From NCBI GenBank assembly GCA_021432655.1, contig MU271214.1, forward strand, positions 123,544-150,016: a DNA stretch of 26,473 bases, written 5' to 3'. The notes under the pieces were generated by a model. The model worked only from the letters and a program-made list of their open reading frames with translations, made no database searches and was not told the DNA's origin. The stretch comes from Atractiella rhizophila (lineage: Eukaryota). Positions 21,029 through 26,473 of the stretch are shown in pieces (the first letter of the stretch is position 1; every line of letters starts with the position of its first letter). Made by a program: the position numbers and the translations under genes.

Positions 21029-24000
21029 ATGTCTGAAGGTAATGACACATCGTTCATTGCTGCATCGACTATCGCGAAACTCGAAGGACGGGAGAATTAC
21101 CATACCTGGTACTTTCGAGTCCAGGCTAAGCTCCTCGGAAGGAACTGCTGGGGGATCGTTGCAGGAACGGATCCCAAGCCAGCGAGTCTTGAGGGAGCGG
21201 AGGCTGCGAAACCGGAGAATGTTGCGAGAGTCGACACAATCGAAGTGTCACAGAGGGATTGGACGAAGCGAGCATACCTAGCCTACTCAATCATCATTGA
21301 AGCATGCAAGGACCATGTACTCACAGATATCCGGGACATCGAAGTTGAGAAACCTAAAGAGGTCTGGGACAAGCTCAAGGAGCTCTATCAGACCCAGGAC
21401 CGACAAGCGCATGTACTGCTCCGCCAGAAGCTTTACACGGCGCGTTATGTTGAAGGTGAATCTATGCGGGAGCATGTAAACCGAATCAGAACCATGGGAC
21501 AGGAGTTGAAAGCGATGGGAGACAAGACTGACGATGATGATATCGCCATGCTCCTACTTATCTCACTCCCACAGTCCTGGATCGAGGTCGTCTCCTCCTT
21601 CAACACCGTTGCCACCTCCGACTTCACATCATCATACGTTGCCTCCCGTCTTCTGCTCGAAGCAGACCGTAGGAATCCTGAGTCAAAGACTACCTCAGAA
21701 GCGTTAGTAACGAAAACATGGCGAGGAGGAAAGCACTTCACCCGGTGGGAGTGGCGGAGTGAAGTCAAAGAGCGAGAAGAAGCGGGGAAAGTGCCACTAC
21801 TGTGGCATCGAGGGACATTGGGAGCGGGATTGCCGCAAGAAGAAGAGGGAAGGAGGAGAGAAGCCTGGAGAAGCCAAAATCTCAGAGGCTTTCCACACGG
21901 TTACGGGGGAAGGGACACACCGTGACGGGATCTATGTCGATTCTGCTGCCACGGACCACATCGTGCCCTTCGCAAATTGGTTCTCCTCACTCAAGCCCCA
22001 CTCACGTCGCATCCGCTCGTCCCACGGCATCGTCACACAAGCAATTGGCATCGGCACTGTCAAAGTGTTGACAAAAGTCAAAGGAGTAGAAAGAGAAATC
22101 GAGATAACTGACACTCTCTATGACCCCGAAATCGACTGGGCCCTCCTCTCCACCGACAAGTTGAACACCCGCGGTTTCGATGTTGTATTCTCCACGGACA
22201 GGCAAGGGAAGGTGGTGAAGGGTGATGGTACTGTGGTCGCTGAAATCGTCACTGAAAGCGGACTGCGAAGGTTGGATGCGTCAGTAATCATGAACGAAAG
22301 CGCAAGCTCAAAACTCACGAGCGCCACAAAGCCTGCCTCCTCGCATGTCTGGCACTGCCGTTTAGGTCACATCGGAAGCGGGAGCCTCAAGCTTCTACAA
22401 GAAAAGGAAATGGTTAGAGGGCTAGAGATAGGAGAGGAGGATCACCACTCACCGTGCGCTGGATGCCTCCTTGGCCAGCAACGAAAGCTCCCATTCCCCT
22501 CCGGCCCTACCGAACGCGCAAAGGAGAAGCTCGAACTGATTCACACCGACGTATGGGGTCCTGCGCCCGTCAAATCGTTCGGAGGAGCTGAATACTGGCT
22601 CAGCTTTACGGACGACGCAACAAGAAGAAAGTGGATTTACTTACTGAAGTACAAATCCGATGTATTCTCCGCGTTCAAGGAATTCAAAGCGAAAGTCGAA
22701 CTCGAAACTGGCCTGAAGATCAAAACGATAAGATCAGACAACGGCGGCGAATATACAAGCAATGAGTTCAAGACATACCTCAAGTCGCACGGCATCAAAC
22801 ACGAGCACACAGCTGCTTACACACCCCAGCAGAACGGCGTTGCCGAACGCCTCAATCTCACAATCGCCGCCCTCATCCGCTCCACGTTACACACGTCCGA
22901 CCTCCCCAAGAAGTTGTGGGGGGAGCTTGCCATGGCCGCCATCCACATCATCAACCGGCGCCCAACCTCTGCCCTTGAAGGAAAGACGCCGTACGAGGCC
23001 TGGACCGGTAAGAAACCGTCAGTGGACCACCTGCGAGTATTGGGATGCAGGACTCACAGTCTGATCCCTCCTGAGCCAAACCGACAGAAACTCGACGCAC
23101 GATCAACGGAGGGCAGGTTGGTCGGCTACGATTGGGAGAGCAAAACGTATAGGATCTATAATCCCAAGAACGGATCAGTAACGAAGCACCTACACGTTCA
23201 ATTCGACGAAACGTACCCCGCAACACTCCTACAGCCAATTGAAGTCCAAATGAGCGAACCAGCGGACCCTCCTGTTCCCGAAACAAGGTCAATTCCAGTC
23301 GTAACAAGAGAACAGCCGAATGAGGGGGAGAAACTCACCGAAGGGCCGTCGAAAGCGAAAACAGAACCGACGCCACCTCCAGAACGCACACAACGCACAC
23401 GGCGCACACCTGCAGAAGCTCAGAAAGACAATAGAGCAAAGTACTTTGGCAACTCACCCTTATCAGATGCAGTAGCCTGCATCACAGTCGCCTCCTCCCT
23501 CGCAACCTCACTCCGACATACGAAGAGGCCGTTGCTGGCCCGAATGCCGTCGAATGGCAAGCCGCGTTTGACGAGGAAAGGGAGTCGTGGAGGGAAAGGG
23601 ACGTCGGAGAGATGGTACCGTTGCCGAAGGGGGAAAATGTGATTGGGTCATGATGGGTGCTGAGGGAAAAGCTAGGTCCAGGGGGAGAAACTGTCAGATA
23701 TCGTGCAAGGGTAGTTGCACAAGGGTACACACAACGCGAAGGTGTTGATTACGACGAGACATTCTCCCCAGTCCTCTCCATGCCCTCATTTCGCCTTATC
23801 CTATCTATTGCGGCAAAGAATAAGTGGCCAGTACACATGGTAGATGTATCAACGGCATACCTTTATGGTAAACTTGAGAAACCGGTCTATCTTCGACCAC
23901 CTCCAGGCTGGGAAGACCCAGAACACCCTGATTGGGTGATAAAAGCGACGAGAGGTGTCTACGGCTTGCACCAGAGTGGACGGGTATGGAACGGGGATGC

Positions 24001-25075
24001 CGATGAAAAATTGAGAAGTCTAGGATTCACACAAAGCATGTCAGAAGCCACAATCTACACGAGACGAGATGGGAAAACAGGAAAGAACGCACTCGTAGGA
24101 CTATATGTCGACGACATCCTCATCATGGCCGAGGATGATGAGGAAGCAGCAGCTGTAAAGGAAGCGCTTCAGAAACACTACAAACTCAAGGACGAAGGAA
24201 GAGCTCACCAGTTCTTAGGCATTCGCATCACACAGTCTAACGACGGAATCTCCATCGATCAACAAGCTTACACAGAGCGCCTGCTGGAGAAGTTCGAAAT
24301 GAAAAACTGCAACGCCGCCGCAACGCCATTCGAGCTTGGAGGGAAGTTAGAACCAGCCACGAATGAAGGGGAAGGCGGAAACGAAGGAACACACATACCA
24401 AAATCCTGGAACGGTCGGTACAGGGAAGCAGTCGGCTCCCTCCTCTATCTCATGATAGCAACACGACCGGACCTTGCATTCGCCGTCAGCCAAGTCGCCC
24501 AATTCTCGGACAACCCCTCACCTCAACATTGGAAAGCCATCAAGAGGATCTTCCGTTACCTACGCGGCACAACAGACTTTAAAATCACCTACCACAGCGA
24601 AGGAAATGAACTTACTGGGTACTCCGACTCAGACTTCGCCGCCAGCCACGATCGAAAATCGATTTCTGGGACGCTCTTCACGAACGCAGGCGGCGCTGTC
24701 GTATGGAGAAGCAAGAAACAGTCAATAGTTACCCTTTCGAGCACAGAAGCCGAGTACGTCGCCCTTTCATTTGCAGCTCGAGAAGCTTCGTGGCTCCGCA
24801 CCCTCCTTGACGACCTAGGATTCCCTATCAACGCTCCAATTACCATCTTTGGCGACAACCTTGGATCCCACCAACTTGCCAATAACCCCATCTTCCGTCA
24901 ACGAACGAAACACATCGATATCCCCTACCATTACACCTGCGAATGTGTTATCAGCAACAGAATTCAACTACGCTACATGGACACAAAGGACTTACCTGCT
25001 GATATGCTTACAAAGGGAGTTTCAAGATTAAAGATAGATGGAGTTATGAAGGAAATTGGAATGAGTGGAAAGTAG
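21029..25075 (+). pseudogene. Copia gag-pol polyprotein with two frameshifts and one nonsense codon
   Basis: Gag (LEGRENYHTW, UBN2-like helical region), zinc knuckle CHYCGIEGHWERDC, protease YVDSAATDH, pre-integrase WHCRLGH..C..C, integrase IHTDVWG/RSDNGGEY/NGVAER, RT YRARVVAQG/YVDD, RNase H YSDSDFA/STEAEY. +1 shift within 21711-21792, -1 shift near 23460-23510, TGA at 23651-23653 (VIGS*WVL). Confidence 0.95.
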
Positions 25076-25080
25076 GATGC

Positions 25081-25089
25081 GAGGGGGAG
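25081..25089 (+). promoter_or_regulatory. Polypurine tract
   Basis: GAGGGGGAG, 2 nt before the 3' LTR. Confidence 0.85.
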
Positions 25090-25091
25090 TT

Positions 25092-25345
25092 TGACAAAAT
25101 CGTACGCCTCCTCCTTTCGCCACTTGCGCACTTGCGCGTTTCCACTTTCGTCGAGCGTGTTCTGGAACTGTGGCAACTTCTCTTTTGCCACAGGGATCTT
25201 AGCTATAAAAGCCTTTCACCTGCAAGTGCGAGACTCACACTTATTTGTTATCTCGCACTTCGCAGGTAATGTAGTTCCCTTACATACTAAATGCAACACA
25301 CACTTATTTGTTATCTCGCACTTCGCAGCGCTCGCACATTTGTCA
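25092..25345 (+). repeat. 3' LTR
   Basis: 254-bp direct repeat of 20715-20968, followed by GACGT. Confidence 0.97.
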
Positions 25346-26013
25346 GACGTCCATCCGGAAGGAAGCCCTGATGAGTCTTCGGCTTGACATAGAATGACTG
25401 CCGCGAGAGGGGCTCAGAAGCAAACCCTTGCGCTCAACAAAACTCAGCAACACTCAGCTAGAAGGAACGAAGGATGTAAACTTCTGAGCCTCCCTTGGCT
25501 CATTCGGAAGATTCTTTGAATATGCCTCGAATCCCAGAGGAGCAGAAGTCAGGGAACAACCGCAGACTTCGCGGGACATGATCACAGCGAACTTGGTCCG
25601 CCTCATTCAATTCTCTTTTTCAACCCGGAGAGGACAGATCTTGCAAGCAAGCGTCACGTTGCCACTTAATAGGATACAATAATCAACAGGCGTTCCCATA
25701 CGCCATCACAGGAAGCAGCACAAACTCACATCCCTTGTAGTATCGGTTGAGCGACTCGGAAAACTAGTAGCAACATGTCAAGAATGGAATGATGCGTAAC
25801 GCTTCGTGACATCTTCCCAATCCGCGAGAAGTTTGAATCGAAGAGCACAAGGAGAGAGCAGATGTGAGACTCATGCAAAGCTCCTAATCCTAATTGAGCA
25901 ACTGTAGCCCTTTGCACTTCCTGACGGTATCTCCACGCTCCTCGTCGATCCAACTCTCACGAACACTTTGTGCCAAATACAAATGATTGAAGGTCCAACT
26001 TCTGCTGACGTGG

Positions 26014-26400
26014 TGTTGTACAGTGTGAATACGGCGTATACGGAAAGGTTAAGGTTAGAAATGCAGGAGTGCTGAATGCGAGGTTGAGACTAAGGAACGA
26101 GTCTAAGTTTCAAAGCCAGCAAGGCTGGTGTTTTTATAGACAAGAAATACATATGATACCATAAACAAACATCGAAGATGCAAGAGAGTAAAGTAACAAT
26201 CATAAGAGACGAAATAGTGGAGTAAGGAGAGATACTATCAATCATTACAGGATCACCTAATGCGTGACCTGAATGTTGCAATGAGGGGAAGAATGATAGG
26301 GAGAGAAGAGGTGTTGGAAGGACAGGGAATTCCCCCAAAGTAGTATCGAAGCAGTAGACGGGAACCATGACTCTACGGAGGAGTCATCGTATCCACAACA
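26014..26400 (-). mobile_element. LTR-like unit (387 bp) of a second family, abutting a second copy that runs off the window
   Basis: Ends TGTTGT...ACAACA. TATAAAAA on the - strand at 26131-26138. 26020-26091 is repeated with a few mismatches at 26398-26469. No matching 5-bp target-site duplication around this unit. Confidence 0.6.
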
Positions 26401-26473
26401 GTGTGAATACGGCGTATACGGAAAGGTTAAGGTTAGAAATGCGAGAGTGCGGAATACGAGGTTGAGACTGGGA

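Larger units (their letters stand above)
20715..25345 (+). mobile_element. Full-length Ty1/copia LTR retrotransposon (4631 bp), coding region disabled
   Basis: Two 254-bp LTRs with TG..CA ends and 7-bp terminal inverted repeats (TGACAAA/TTTGTCA). 5-bp target-site duplication GACGT (20710-20714, 25346-25350). Domain order Gag-PR-IN-RT-RH. Confidence 0.98.

Noticed and set aside
26047..26058. GGTTAAGGTTAG telomere-like motif
   Set aside because: Only two imperfect units, inside an LTR-like repeat.
1..26473. tRNA, rRNA or snoRNA genes
   Set aside because: No cloverleaf, rRNA-like sequence or convincing C/D or H/ACA box pair seen by eye. A covariance-model scan would be needed to exclude them.

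Overview
Intron-rich fungal DNA, most likely a basidiomycete (40-100 nt introns with GTGCGT/GTTCGT/GTCCGT donors; DUF6533-like genes). Left to right: the 5' part of a Zn(II)2Cys6 transcription factor gene (-, cut off by the window edge); a divergent NOP16 (-) / RPN8 (+) pair with 179 bp between start codons; about 5 kb of decayed sequence with degenerate repeats; an apparently intact 6-exon orphan gene (+, 9497-10773); and a tandem array of five copies of a 10-exon, ~7-TM DUF6533-like (GPCR-like) membrane protein gene on the - strand (two intact, one full-length pseudogene, two 3' fragments), partly within a ~3.66 kb tandem duplication of mosaic identity. A full-length but disabled Ty1/copia LTR retrotransposon (20715-25345; 254-bp LTRs; GACGT target-site duplication) sits in the promoter of the dead fifth copy, and a second LTR-like family forms a head-to-tail junction at the right edge. 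The most intriguing signals are an intron-like segment in the copia LTR bracketed by a 30-bp direct repeat (a possible way for a spliced LTR to be rebuilt during reverse transcription), the birth-and-death receptor-like array, and the orphan gene. All gene models were spliced by eye; family names come from motif recognition, not database searches.
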